The notes beneath the pieces are model-generated. The model was not told the DNA's origin, did not search any database, and saw only the letters and a program-made list of their open reading frames with translations. A DNA stretch of 63,229 nt, the filler included, from Octopus bimaculoides (taxonomy: Eukaryota): the NCBI RefSeq assembly GCF_001194135.2. It is 5 parts of 4 records of this genome, joined end to end, with 100 filler letters (N's around TTAATTAATTAA, not from the genome) between each part and the next. Parts side by side here need not be neighbours in the genome. Positions count along the whole stretch, not along the records: positions 1 to 15,697 come from NC_068982.1; 4 more parts are not named here. One strand, 5' to 3'. Each line of letters opens with the position of its first letter. The first letter of the stretch is position 1. Below are positions 1 through 11,463 of this stretch, piece after piece. The position numbers and the translations under genes were made by a program.

Positions 1-62
<62 letters not shown>
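1..62. repeat. (AT)n microsatellite
   Basis: Near-perfect AT dinucleotide run at the window start. Confidence 0.95.
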
Positions 63-64
<2 letters not shown>

Positions 65-474
65 TCTATCCATATATATGTAAACAGGTATACACACATG
101 CACATACATATAAATGTAATGTAATATATTATATACATGCACATACAAACATGCATACATATATGTGTGTGTGTGTGTGTGTGTTTATACACACACACAC
201 ACACACATATGGTGGGAGTTCACTCATGACTGAGTAAGACCACCTTCTAGACTCATTTCATTCTAAGAAACTTTTCAAATTTGGTCTCCTCATTGCTGAT
301 GACATCTCATATAGCTCCTCAGGCCTGCAAGGAACATAGAAATCCTTCCACACAGACCACGTATCAGCCCTTGCCCCCAGCAGCTAGACCATCTGAATGT
401 TGGGATGTACAATACCAAGTGAGTCCACTGGCTAACCCACACAATCTGCTACACAAGGTGCACAAGAGATCATG

Positions 475-1457
475 CTAAATATCACATTGATAGATCCCAT
501 GACCACATTTGTGGCTGAGTAGGCCTGTCTTTGAGGAACAGACACGACCATACTGATCACATGAGAAAGGCTCTTTAATATCCTCCTCAGGAAGAGGGTT
601 CAAATCCTCCATATATTTACCATATTTACCAGCATGTTTCAACTCAGTGTATGCAATCCTGTTGTTTTTAAATTCTTTAATACTAGTAGCAATCAAATAC
701 TTCCACTGCTCCCTGGCTGATGGGAGACCTTCTCAGGCTTTGGTATTGATATTGATCTTTTTAAGTGTGTTTTAAGATTGTCTTTGAAACACTTGTTTGG
801 CTTGCCCCAGGGATATTTTCCATGCCCCAGCTCACCTGTTTTGGTATGTAGGTTTCCTCTCAATATAAAAGATGACCAGATCATCTATGTTAGTGTTTCA
901 TAATCGTGGATTTGATACTTTTCATTTTCACCAGCTGCGTTACTCTTGTATGAAGTACATGAGATCACCATGAGATATTCAGTCTATTACACAAGTATCA
1001 CTTGTGGAATCACTCAAAATTTTGGATATACTTGCAGTAGGTCATCCTGGGTTGACAATAGTGCTGTTATGACACATGCTTGATAGATTTCAACTTTCTA
1101 CTTTGATGTTCGATTATGACCAGAACCTTATGATCAAGCTTTCTGAATGCATCAGAGGTCTTAGAAAATCTATAGCTAATCTCCTCAGATTAGATCTAGA
1201 AAGAGTACCACCAAGACAAACATATCTATGACTTATAACTTTTTACCCTTAATGTATATCGATGGTGGGATATATAACTTGCCTGGTGCTGGTTTTTGTA
1301 TGACAGCAGTCTTAAGACTGATTGTAAATCCAAACTCATCACACACAACTGAAAAGCAGTCCATCAGAAGTTGCAGGTCTTCCTCAGTATGAGTTATGAG
1401 ATTGCAATCATCAGCATAAAGGAGATCATGAATGAGAGCCATGAACGTTTTTGTCAT
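475..1457 (-). mobile_element. Decayed RTE-clade LINE, RT C-terminal half and terminal zinc-finger region
   Basis: Broken ORFs on the minus strand: 1233-1457 (DLLYADDCNLITHTEEDLQLLMDCF...GFTISLKT, RT domains 5-7), 693-884 (ILRGNLHTKTGELGHGKYPWGKPNKCFKDNLK, resembling the RTE LYGEL..G.R..GRP.KRFKD motif) and 475-696 (CDQYGRVCSSKTGLLSHK, RTE C-terminal C2H2-like). Confidence 0.85.
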
Positions 1458-2498
1458 TGCAATAAAACAACAAATGATACTCTATGAAACTGAAGTTAAG
1501 TATCAACCCAGAAAGCCTCTCATGTCTTAGGAGTTATTTACATATATATTCATAGGTGAATTTGAACCCAGTAGTACATTAAATAAATTTCATAAAGCAC
1601 ACATTAGGTAGCATGACTGTGATTTCATGCAATGTTATTTTAACACCGCTTTTACAAATTCATGACAAAGTATATTAATGTTGATCACACCTGGTCAATA
1701 TATTTAGTTACAGAAACATGGTTGAAAAGCAAATGTAAAATTGACACAGAAAACATATTGCTTTCAATGGCACACTCAAATGAATTGTTTTGTTGTGTAA
1801 TTGAAAGAGTCTTGAAGAATTTTAACCTTTGCTCTTCTTTCAAATTTCCAGCAAAACTCCGGTCAAAAATAATTGAAAGTCAAGTGCTATTAAAATTCCC
1901 GATTAGAACAAACTATTAGCCAAATTGGTAAGTGCTGATAGATTGAAATTTGAATTAAAGCTGCAACTAGAAAATGAAATAGTTAATCATTAAGAAATTA
2001 GAAAGAAAGAAAAAAATACAAACACCAATCCCCACCCCCCTGCAAAAATAACAGAAAACACAATTAAATTGAAAATGTAACAAAAACTAAAATAAAACAA
2101 AAACTACAAATAAAGAAACAAACAAACATGAAAGGGGGAATTAAATATGAATTAATTATGAGACGAAGACTTCTGAAAGAAAGCGCTTATGAAAAAGATA
2201 ATTCTTTTTTCTGAAAGATGGCAGGCTGGAGGAGGAAGACTCATTAAATCACTTCTTAAGAATTTTATGTTATTTATTGGTACATGAGGGTTGGGGTATA
2301 ATATAGTTTTAATATAGTTTATAGAATTATGTGATGGTACAGCAATTTACTTTCTCATTGGTAAGATGTTGAGTACATTGGACAAATATCTGTGTGTGCG
2401 TGTGAGTGTACATATATTAGAGTAGTATATTAGAATAGTATAGTTTTCATAAAGCATTGTCTAGCATATATATATATATATATATATATATATTCTTG

Positions 2499-2529
<31 letters not shown>

Positions 2530-2584
2530 TGAATGCTTTGAATATTTTTTTAAGGTCAAAACAATGCAAGATAAAAAATTAAAA

Positions 2585-2796
2585 ATACAGGTCAATGATT
2601 AGTGCTATTACCTGGTATTTTAATATTTTAAGGTTAGAACTGTATCTTCGAAAAATCTATGGAGAAAAGGTGTTGATAGGTGGCACATACTATAGAGCAG
2701 AGACTGCAGCTATCAACACCTTTTCTCTGTAGATTTCCTGAGGAAAGGGTCTTAACCCTTAAATACTAGGCAACAGTGCTGACCTTTGATCTGTAT
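2585..2796. repeat. Imperfect fold-back element (about 90-bp arms, 30-bp spacer), probably an inverted pair of Penelope-like terminal repeats
   Basis: 2585-2679 aligns to the reverse complement of 2710-2796 (e.g. AAATCTATGGAGAAAAGGTGTTGATAG vs CTATCAACACCTTTTCTCTGTAGATTT); mismatches are mostly transitions. The Penelope assignment is inference. Confidence 0.85.
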
Positions 2797-2947
2797 ATAA
2801 AATTTTTTAAACTTGCATTGTTTTGACTATAAAATATTTAAAACATTTATATATATACATACAAACATGCATATATATATATATTAACCCACCCATTGTG
2901 TTAAAAAACATGGTGAAAGATGTTAGCAAGAGGATCATGAACCTTTC

Positions 2948-2987
<40 letters not shown>

Positions 2988-2994
2988 TACATAT

Positions 2995-3117
2995 CATCAT
3001 CATCATCGTTTAACGTCCGCTTTCCTAGTGTAGCCATCCGGTTTCACCAGTCCTCAGTCAAATCGTCCAACCCATGCTAGCATGGAAAGCGGACGTTAAA
3101 CGATGATGATGATGATG

Positions 3118-3119
<2 letters not shown>
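2995..3119. mobile_element. RTE-type 3' tail with an inverted copy of its own terminus (31-bp perfect inverted repeats)
   Basis: CATCATCATCATCGTTTAACGTCCGCTTTCC (2995-3025) is the exact reverse complement of 3084-3114. 3026-3119 matches the 3' end of the LINE at about 7640-7750. Confidence 0.85.
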
Positions 3120-3146
<27 letters not shown>

Positions 3147-3153
<7 letters not shown>

Positions 3154-3312
3154 AAAACAAAAACAGAACACAAAGGATTCCGCGGTACACGTGTTTCAAG
3201 CTTTATAGTCGTTGCATCATTATATTGGTATATAATTGATAGACAGGATGGTATAAAGCTATCTTCAGCCGCAAATATATTCTTTCCCAAGTATTATATC
3301 ACAAAGAAGAAG
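3147..3312 (+). repeat. Unclassified dispersed repeat, copy 1 of 2 (other copy 40851-41025)
   Basis: Shared core AACACAAAGGATTCCGCGGTACACGTGTTTCAAGCTTTATA...GCTATCTTCAGCCGCAAATATATTC...TCACAAAGAAGAA. Confidence 0.8.
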
Positions 3313-3324
3313 TATATATATATA

Positions 3325-3733
3325 CTTTTTTAGTCTTTTACTTGTTTCAGTCATTTGACTGCGACCATGCTGGAGTACTGCCTTTAGTCGAGTAAATTGA
3401 CCCAAGAGCTTATTCTTTGTAAGCCTAGTACTTATTCTATCAGTCTCTTTTGCTGAACTGCTAAGTTACAGGGACACAAACACACCAGCATTGGTTGTCA
3501 AGCAATGTTGGGGGGACAAACAGACACACAAACACATACACACACATACATATACACATATATACATATACGATGGGCTTCTTCCAGTTTTCATCTACCA
3601 AATCCACTCACAAGGCTTTGGTTGGCCCGAAGCTATAGTAGAAGACAGTTGGTCAAGGTGCTACACAGTGGGAGTGAACCTGGGACCATGTGGTTGGTGG
3701 GCAAGCTATTTACCACACAGCCACTCCTGTGCC
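3325..3733 (-). mobile_element. tRNA-derived SINE family A (internal microsatellite, AAAAGAGT-like tail), CpG-decayed copy
   Basis: Reverse complement aligns end to end with copies at 21872-22335 and 35125-35595, including box A-like TGGCTGTGTGG and a box B-like motif. Confidence 0.9.
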
Positions 3734-4106
3734 TATATATAAATTATGAGTTAGAGGTTATGCAACCATCTAAGGGATAAATGTATCTGTAGGCACTACT
3801 GGTGCATTATCTAACTATGTATAGGCCTTGCTGTAGGGTTAACAGTAGTTGGTAATTTAAGGGTAAACCGTGGTTTAGTATATTCAGATATTTACAGTTG
3901 TTTCTGTTTGTTATTTTTGAGGTAAATTTGCGTTTATTTCATTCCATGTAACAAACATCACCAGAATGATTTGAACTTTACTAGAAACAGAAACAGCTGT
4001 AAATGTTATCTTAACCATAATTAAACTATGATCATTCAATACTAATGATGAACTTCTAATTGTTACATGTTGTTCCATTTCTTCTCTTTATCTATCTATC
4101 TATATA

Positions 4107-4163
<57 letters not shown>

Positions 4164-5377
4164 NNNNNNNNNNNNNNNNNNNNNNNNNNNNNNNNNNNNN
4201 NNNNNNNNNNNNNNNNNNNNNNNNNNNNNNNNNNNNNNNNNNNNNNNNNNNNNNNNNNNNNNNNNNNNNNNNNNNNNNNNNNNNNNNNNNNNNNNNNNNN
4301 NNNNNNNNNNNNNNNNNNNNNNNNNNNNNNNNNNNNNNNNNNNAGAGAGAGAGAGAGAGTGTGTGTTTTGCAACAAATGAAAAAAGTTGTTTATATTGAA
4401 TGATGATCCTATAAGATTTGTCTGATACCAAGACATATAAATAATGCCTCACCTCAGAAAGGAAAAAAAAAAATTAAAGAAAATAACAATTTGATTTTTA
4501 AAGAATATCTGAATTTAACTTCAAATTCATCCATTCATAATTCATAGAATAAAATGTACATTGAAAGTTTCCGAAAGATGCTACTATTTGCTAGGAGATG
4601 GGTTGTGACAAGAAAAATGAAAATAAGCAATATGTTTTATCAAGAATTTTCTTATTTATATGTATATATACACACGTTATCCTGCTCCTGCTCCTCCTCC
4701 TCACCTTGGTGCTACAGAAGTAGTAGTGATGGTAGCAGCAGCAGCAGCAGTAGTAGTAGTTGTAATAAAAATTGCTTATTTCATTCTTCAGTTTACTAAA
4801 AGTTGTAAGTCATAAGTGGCTTAAAGTTTCTTTTTTGGTTAAGTTTTCATCTTGGCTTCAAATATTTCAAATTTGAATTTTCATTGAAATTCTAAAGAAA
4901 CCATGTGACTATGTCCATTTATATTCCTTGGTAAAAAAGATTTTTTTTTTGAAGAATGTAGTGCAGTTTTTCTGTTAAATCTGATAAGCTATTAAATTTA
5001 AATGATTTTTATGTCCCAAGTTATACGTTTTAATTCTATTTGGTTGGAATAGAAGTTATAATACAGAAACATTTAGTTTACTTAGGTTGTTTAAAAAAGA
5101 AATAAAATTTTTAGATATAGTTTGAGAGATCGTTAGTGTTGTTAGAAGCCAAATCTATGTCAACATGGAAAAGTAAACATTTCCAAATATGAGTGGAAGT
5201 GTGAATTGAAATATATTTACCTTCCTATAAAAGAACAGTATTATTTTAAATTGCTAACAAGATTTACCTAACATTTCCTCATAAAAATTTATACCTACAT
5301 ACATGCATGGTATATGTATGTATGTACACATATATTCATATATACGTGAGTGTGTATTTGTATATGTATATTTATAA

Positions 5378-5427
<50 letters not shown>

Positions 5428-5430
<3 letters not shown>

Positions 5431-7264
5431 AGTGCGTTTATGCAAGACAGTGTGTGAGAGAAAATTGTGATGTCACAGGCGAGATATGTGTCCATATGGA
5501 TGATGGTGCACTTGATTTTAATATTTCGGAAAAGAAAGAGGCTTGGAGAAGCCATTATGAAAGACTACTGAACGTGGAGAATGAATGGGAGGAGGAGAGC
5601 CTGCCAAATATTGATCCAGTAGAGGGACCAGCTATCCAAAGCAATTAAGGGTATGAAGCCAGGAAAAGCCCCCGGCCCAGCAGGAATCATTGCTGAGATG
5701 CTTGAAACATCTGGTGGTGTGGGCTATGGCCTAGTCACCCATATTGTAAACCAGGTAGTTCATGATGGAGTCATACCCAATGACTGGCGTAGCAGCACCA
5801 TTGTCAACTGCTACAAAGGTAAAGGTGATGCTTTAGATAGAAATAACTACAGGGGTATCAAACTGCTGGATCAGGTGATGAAGGTCACGGAAAGGGTCAT
5901 AGCCCATTTAATTAGGGAGAGAGTCTGCTTAGATGAGATGCAGTTTGGTTTTGTGCTATGCAGAAGCACCACTGATGCTATATTCTTGGTACGGCAACTG
6001 CAGAAGAAATACCTAGACTAAGATAAGCCCCTATATTTGGCTTTTGTGGACTTGGAGAAAGCTTTTGACAGGGTGGTTCCCCGATCCTTTATCTGGTGTG
6101 CCATGCGGAAACTGGGGATTGACGAATGGTTAATAAAGGCTGTAAAGGCCCTATACAGAGATGCCATTAATAGGGTTAGGATTGTAAATGAGTATAGTGA
6201 AGAATTCTGGGTAGAAGTAGGGGCCCACCAAGGATCAGCCCTCAGCCCCCTCTTATTCATCATAGTCCTCCAGGCAATAACAGAGGAATTCAAGACAGGT
6301 TGCCCCTGGGAGCTCCTCTATGCTGATGACCTGGCCCTCATAGCAGAATCACTACCAGAATTAGAGAAGAAACTTCAAGTGTGGAAGCAAGGTTTAGAAT
6401 CAAAGGGTCTTAGAATCAATGTTGCAAAGACCAAAGTTCTTGTAAGTAGGAAGGCGAATGCATCACACAACCCTTCAGGTAGGTGGCCCTGCTTGATCTG
6501 TAGAAAAGGTGTAGGTAGAAACTTCATAAGATGTGCCCTGTGTAAGCTATGGACACATAAGAGGTGCAGCAACATCAAAGGAAGATTAACCGGGAAGACA
6601 GCTTTCACGTGCAGCAGATGCATAGGGGCAATAAACATCACAGATGCTCAGAAAATAGGCTCCATCACATACGAGGGGGAAGTGTTGATAGCTTCCGCTA
6701 CTTAGGTAACCAAGTCTGTAGTGGGGGTGGATGTTCAGAGAGTGTTACCACTAGAATAGGAATAGCCTGGGCAAAGTTCAGAAAGCTTCTACCCCTACCG
6801 GTAACAAAGGACCTCTCGCTGAGAGTAAAAGGTAGATTGTACGATGCATGTGTGCAAACTTCCATGCTTCATGACAGTGAAACATGGGCCATGACTGCTG
6901 AAGACATGTGTAGGCTTGAAAGAAATGAAGCTAGTATGATCCGCTGGATGTGTAATGTCAGTGTGCACACACGACAGAGTCTCAGTACCCTGAGAGAAAT
7001 GTTGGACATAAGAAGCATCAGATGTGGCGTGCAAGAGAGTCATTTGTGTTGGTATGGTCATGTACTATGGATGGACAAGGAGAGCTGTGTGAAGAAGTGC
7101 CACTCCCAAACAGTGGAAGAAATCCGGGGTAGAGGGAGACCCAGGAAGACATAGCATGAGGTGGTGAAGCATGACCTTCAAATGTTGGGCCTCACCGAGG
7201 CAATGACTAGTGACCGAGACCTCTGGAGGTATGCTGTGACTGAGAAGACCCAGCAAATAAAGTG
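5428..7264 (+). pseudogene. Disrupted RTE ORF2 (reverse transcriptase with inserted PHD-type finger at 6490-6621)
   Basis: Stops at about 6019-6021 and 7152-7154 and frameshifts near 5650 and 6680; C-x2-C...C-x2-C-x4-H-x2-C...C-x2-C spacing in CLICRKGVGRNFIRCALCKLWTHKRCSNIKGRLTGKTAFTCSRC. Confidence 0.88.
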
Positions 7265-7748
7265 AGTACACATCTGTAACCTACACCAGTGTCACAAAAT
7301 CAGCCCACTCAAAAGTACCTTGGATTGTAGGGCGACATGCCATGTTTGAGGAGACCTATTGAGTCAAGTACATCAACATCAACAGCAATATCAAAATCAA
7401 ATCAAATGTAGTTGTGACCCCCGTGCTGGTAGCATGTAAAAAAGCACCATCCGAATGTGGCCAATGCCAGTGCCACTTTGACTGGCTTCCATGCCTGTGG
7501 CATGTAAAAAGCACCATCCGATCGTGGTTGATACCAGGTCCTCTGGCCCCTGTGCCGGTGGCACGTAAAAAACACCCACTACACTCTCAGAGTGGTTGGT
7601 GTTAGGAAGGGCATCCAGCTGTAGAAACACTGCCAGATCAGATTGGGGCCTGGTGCAGCCTCCTGGCTTGCCAGACCCCAGTCGAACTGTCCAACTCATG
7701 CTAGCATGGAAAACAGACGTCAAACGATGATGATGATGATGATGATGA

Positions 7749-7750
<2 letters not shown>
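5428..7750 (+). mobile_element. 5'-truncated RTE-clade LINE with (GAT)n tail, flanked by (AT)n on both sides
   Basis: RT motifs across frameshifted ORFs 5653-6021 (KAPGPAGI, KGKGD...NYRGIKLL, QFGF...STTDAIF), 6037-6705 (FVDLEKAFDRV, HQGSALSPLLF, LLYADD) and 6564-7154 (FRYLG, WYGHV, RGRGRPRKT). The coding frame continues past an in-frame stop to about 7264, followed by a 3' UTR ending CATGCTAGCATGG...AAACGATGATGATG. Confidence 0.95.
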
Positions 7751-7796
<46 letters not shown>

Positions 7797-8518
7797 GTTC
7801 TATATTCTTTCCATCAACGGATTGATTTGGGTATGTATATTTCTGACATTACAATAATTGGCACCTTCTCTTTTGGGTCTACATAACTTCCTGTCTTGAA
7901 GAGATATAATTACCACCACTTTACAGAATCACTGGATCTTATCTTTTCATCTTCGATTGAGCTCCAAAATATTTTCAACAACTGCACACTAACAACCAGA
8001 TCTATCATTATAATCAACAGATTCACTTCATTGTTTATCAAAGTATATTATTAAGTGACAACTCAATATCTCTGACTGTATTACTCTTTTTGATGATTCA
8101 ATTCTTGCAAAATTTTAAGTTGACTTGTTCGACCTTGATAAACAAACTAAATGTTGCAACTTTATACAGCTCTATTAAATGTAGTTGATTAAGATTAGCT
8201 ACGTCTCCTCCTCCACCAAAAAATATGGACCCCAAAATTTCAGCAAAGTTTAGTTTCCATGGTCAAAATACCTGTCATTTAGTAATATTCAGATTAATAA
8301 CATTTAGGTTAAGGACATCTAGAAGAGTGATATTGCTTAAAGAAAATTCTAAAATGAAGTTAGCAAAGCTGAAAAAAAAGAGAAAAAAAACTGGAAGAAA
8401 GAGAAGAAAATGGTTGTTTGGAATGATTTACAGAAATGAAGAACCTGTTGTAATCTTTGAGAATTCTGAAAAATCCACAAATGCAATTAGTAAAATGGAC
8501 TTTGGTAGGGGGTTAGAA

Positions 8519-8529
8519 TAATAACAATG

Positions 8530-8584
<55 letters not shown>

Positions 8585-8636
8585 TAATAGTAATAAAAGT
8601 AACAACAATAATAACAACAACAACAACAACAACAAT
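8519..8636. repeat. (TAA)n/(CAA)n microsatellite upstream of a Dong-like LINE
   Basis: Direct reading of AAT repeats grading into AAC repeats. Confidence 0.95.
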
Positions 8637-10702
8637 TATTGATCCATTGCTTGTCTTAACCTTTTATGGAAAGTATTAACAGGCACCCTTGCAGGGAAAA
8701 TATATACGTTGCTTGTAGAAAATAATCTACTTCCAGTAGAACAAAAGGGATACTGAAAAAGATCCAAGGGTACCAAGGATCACCTTGTGATAGACAAAGT
8801 TGTAATGAAGAACTGCAAACGGTACCAAAAAAACTTGTGCATGGCCTGGAAAGACTTTAAAAAGGCTTATGACTTGTTGCCGCATTTGTGGATTTTGGAA
8901 ACACTCGACATGTGTGGAGTAACTGAGAATGTGTGTGCACTGATTAAGAACAACATGCCTAGTTGAAAAACACGTCTTTTCTCTAACAACCAGCACTTAG
9001 CCGAGGTAACAATCAAAAGAGGTATCTTCCAGGGATACTCTTGTTCATCTTTATTATTTGTTATAGCCTTGATCCCACTTTCTATAGTCTTAAACAAAGT
9101 CAACTTGTTCTATGAGCTGAGGAAGAATGGACCTCATCTCAACCACCTTCTCGTCATGGATGATTTAAAACTGTTCGCAAAAACAGAGCCTGAAATGGAG
9201 AGGCTGGTTGAGACTGTACAGATGTGCAGTAAGGATACAAGGATGGAATTCGGTTTCTTGAAGTATGCGGTGCTCACTTTGAAATGGAGAAAAGAGCAAA
9301 TTGTAAGGGCATAGTATTGCCAAATAGAGAGAGAATGGAAGACCCAGATGATGATGTGTACAAGTACCTTGGGATCCTGGAGCTGGACAATATCTTGCAC
9401 AGAGAAATGAAAGATAAAGCCATCACTGCATTTTTGAAGTGCTTCAAACTTCCCTTGAAATCAAAACTCAATTCAAGGAACCTTGTGACTGCCATCAACA
9501 TATGGGCTGTTGCTCTAGTCTGATATAGTGCACCCTTCCTGAAATGGATACGAGTGGAGATTGACCAACTCAATTGCACAGCCCGAAAGACAATGACATT
9601 GCATGGTACCTTACACCCTAAAGTAAATGTACTCAGGCTGTACATGAAGAGGTGTAAAGGTGGACATGGGCTGATTAGCGTATGGAAGGGAATCAACAGT
9701 GAAAGAAGAAACATGGCAGAGTATTTGGTAAATAGTAAATGACCTGCTACAGTATGCTGCTAATGCAGAAGGATTTACCAAAAATGGACTTGAGAGTACT
9801 AATCCATTCCAATTATGAATAACCAAGAAGAGAGAAGAAACTCGACTTTGCATGGAATTACATGGTCAGTTCCATTGTGAAACTAACAACTTAAAAGATC
9901 AGAATGCATCATGGAGGTGGGTCAGCAAGGGTGACCTAAAAAAGAAGACTTGAAAGCCTAATCACCATTGCCCAGGATCAAGCATTGAATGCCAACTCAG
10001 TGAAAAGTGATATATACCACACAAGTGCAACGAATCTCTGCAGAATGTGTGGGAAGAGGGTTAAAAGCATGACTCACATTGTTAGTGCTTGTGAAAGTCT
10101 TGTGCAGAAAGAGTACAAGCATAGACATGACAAGGTAGTGCAGAACCATCACTGGCTACTATGCCAGAAGTATGGAAACAAGGTAACAGGTGCTTGGTAC
10201 CAACGTACACCAGAAAAGGTAATGGACAGAGAGGGGAAGGCAAAAATCCTCTGGGACTTTGACTTCCAAACAGACAAGGTTTAGAGCACCAAAGGCCAGA
10301 CATAGTAACCTCTAGAAGGAACAAACAATAATCAACATGGCAGTGCCAGGAGATCAACATATCATCATGAAAGAAAGAGAAAAGATTGATAAATATGGAG
10401 ACCTGAGAATTGAGATCGCCAAGATGTGACAGCAATGAGAGTCAAATATAAAGGTTGTCCCTATTGTCAACAGAGTATTGGGTTCAATACAGCCCAACTT
10501 GAAAAAACATCTGGGAACTTTAGAAATGCCCTACAATTTAGGTGTATTGCAAAAATTAGCATTACTTGGAACAGCATGCATATTGTGTAAAGTACCGTCT
10601 GTCCGAGGTCCTTGTTGTGACTTGATAGACAATATAAACCCCCAGTAGACACAATATCTTCAATCAACAACATTACGATATTGGATACTGTGCAACATCT
10701 TA

Positions 10703-10756
<54 letters not shown>
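8637..10756 (+). mobile_element. 5'-truncated R4/Dong-like LINE (RT, CCHC knuckle, restriction-like endonuclease) with (TAA)n tail
   Basis: Fragments ACLNLLWKVLTG, KRGIFQG..., HLNHLLVMDDLKLFAK (9069-9314), YKYLGILE (9284-9523), RLYMKRCKGGHGL (9554-9742), CRMCGKRVKSMTHIVSAC...RHDKV...KILWDFDFQTDK (9985-10284), then a RPDIV-like motif and TALLGTA-like end. Tail at 10703-10756. Confidence 0.93.
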
Positions 10757-10760
<4 letters not shown>

Positions 10761-11140
10761 TGTAATTGATGTATCAATACCAACAGATGACAATGTTTCT
10801 CTAAAAGAAATGAGGAAACTTTCAAAGACCTGGAAATACAGGTAANNNNNNNNNNATAGAGGTAACCCGAATGTGGAATCTAAAAACAGAAACAATTCCT
10901 ATCATAGTAGGCACATTAGGTATGATAAAAAATATTCAGACAAATACATAACAAAAATACCAGTTCTAACAAGTATATATAATATACAGAAAATAGCACT
11001 ATTAGGCACTGCACACATTGTACATAAAACATTTTCAATACAGTAAAAATAAGAGCATCACAACAAACCACAGCACATACCCAAGGCACACAGAGCTGCA
11101 CTTGGTAGTGCAGTGAAAGCACTTGATAAAAATAAGACTA

Positions 11141-11173
<33 letters not shown>
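10757..11173 (+). mobile_element. Second, different R4/Dong-like LINE 3' end with its own 3' UTR and (TAA)n tail
   Basis: Translates as IDVSIPTDDNVSLKEMRKL...EVTRMWNLKTETIPIIVGTLG...IQKIALLGTAHIV (small N gap inside). The 3' UTR differs from that of 8637-10756. Tail at 11144-11173. Confidence 0.88.
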
Positions 11174-11175
<2 letters not shown>

Positions 11176-11353
11176 TTAGCTATCTGAAACTGATTATTAT
11201 TATTTTTAATATCAATGTTGTTCTGATTTTTCTCTTAGTTGAATTAAGTGATGACCTTGAAGTGAATGCCTGTCATAAGATATTCTCTCATGTACACCAA
11301 ATGTTAAATGGAGCTTAGAATCAGGAATCAGGTCTAAATTCAATGACAGGATG

Positions 11354-11463
11354 ATTAGGTATGATAAAAAAATATTCAGACAAATACATAACAAAAATAC
11401 CAGTTCTAACAAGTATATATAATATACAGAAAATAGCACTATTAGGCACTGCACACATTGTAC
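11354..11463 (+). repeat. Local direct duplication of 10915-11023 (part of the Dong-like endonuclease region)
   Basis: Identical apart from one extra A in a homopolymer. Confidence 0.9.

Noticed and set aside
8225-8521. 98-aa Lys/Arg-rich ORF upstream of the Dong-like LINE
   Set aside because: The basic stretch comes from an A-rich tract; no motif or convincing splice context, and it is separated from the LINE by a microsatellite.
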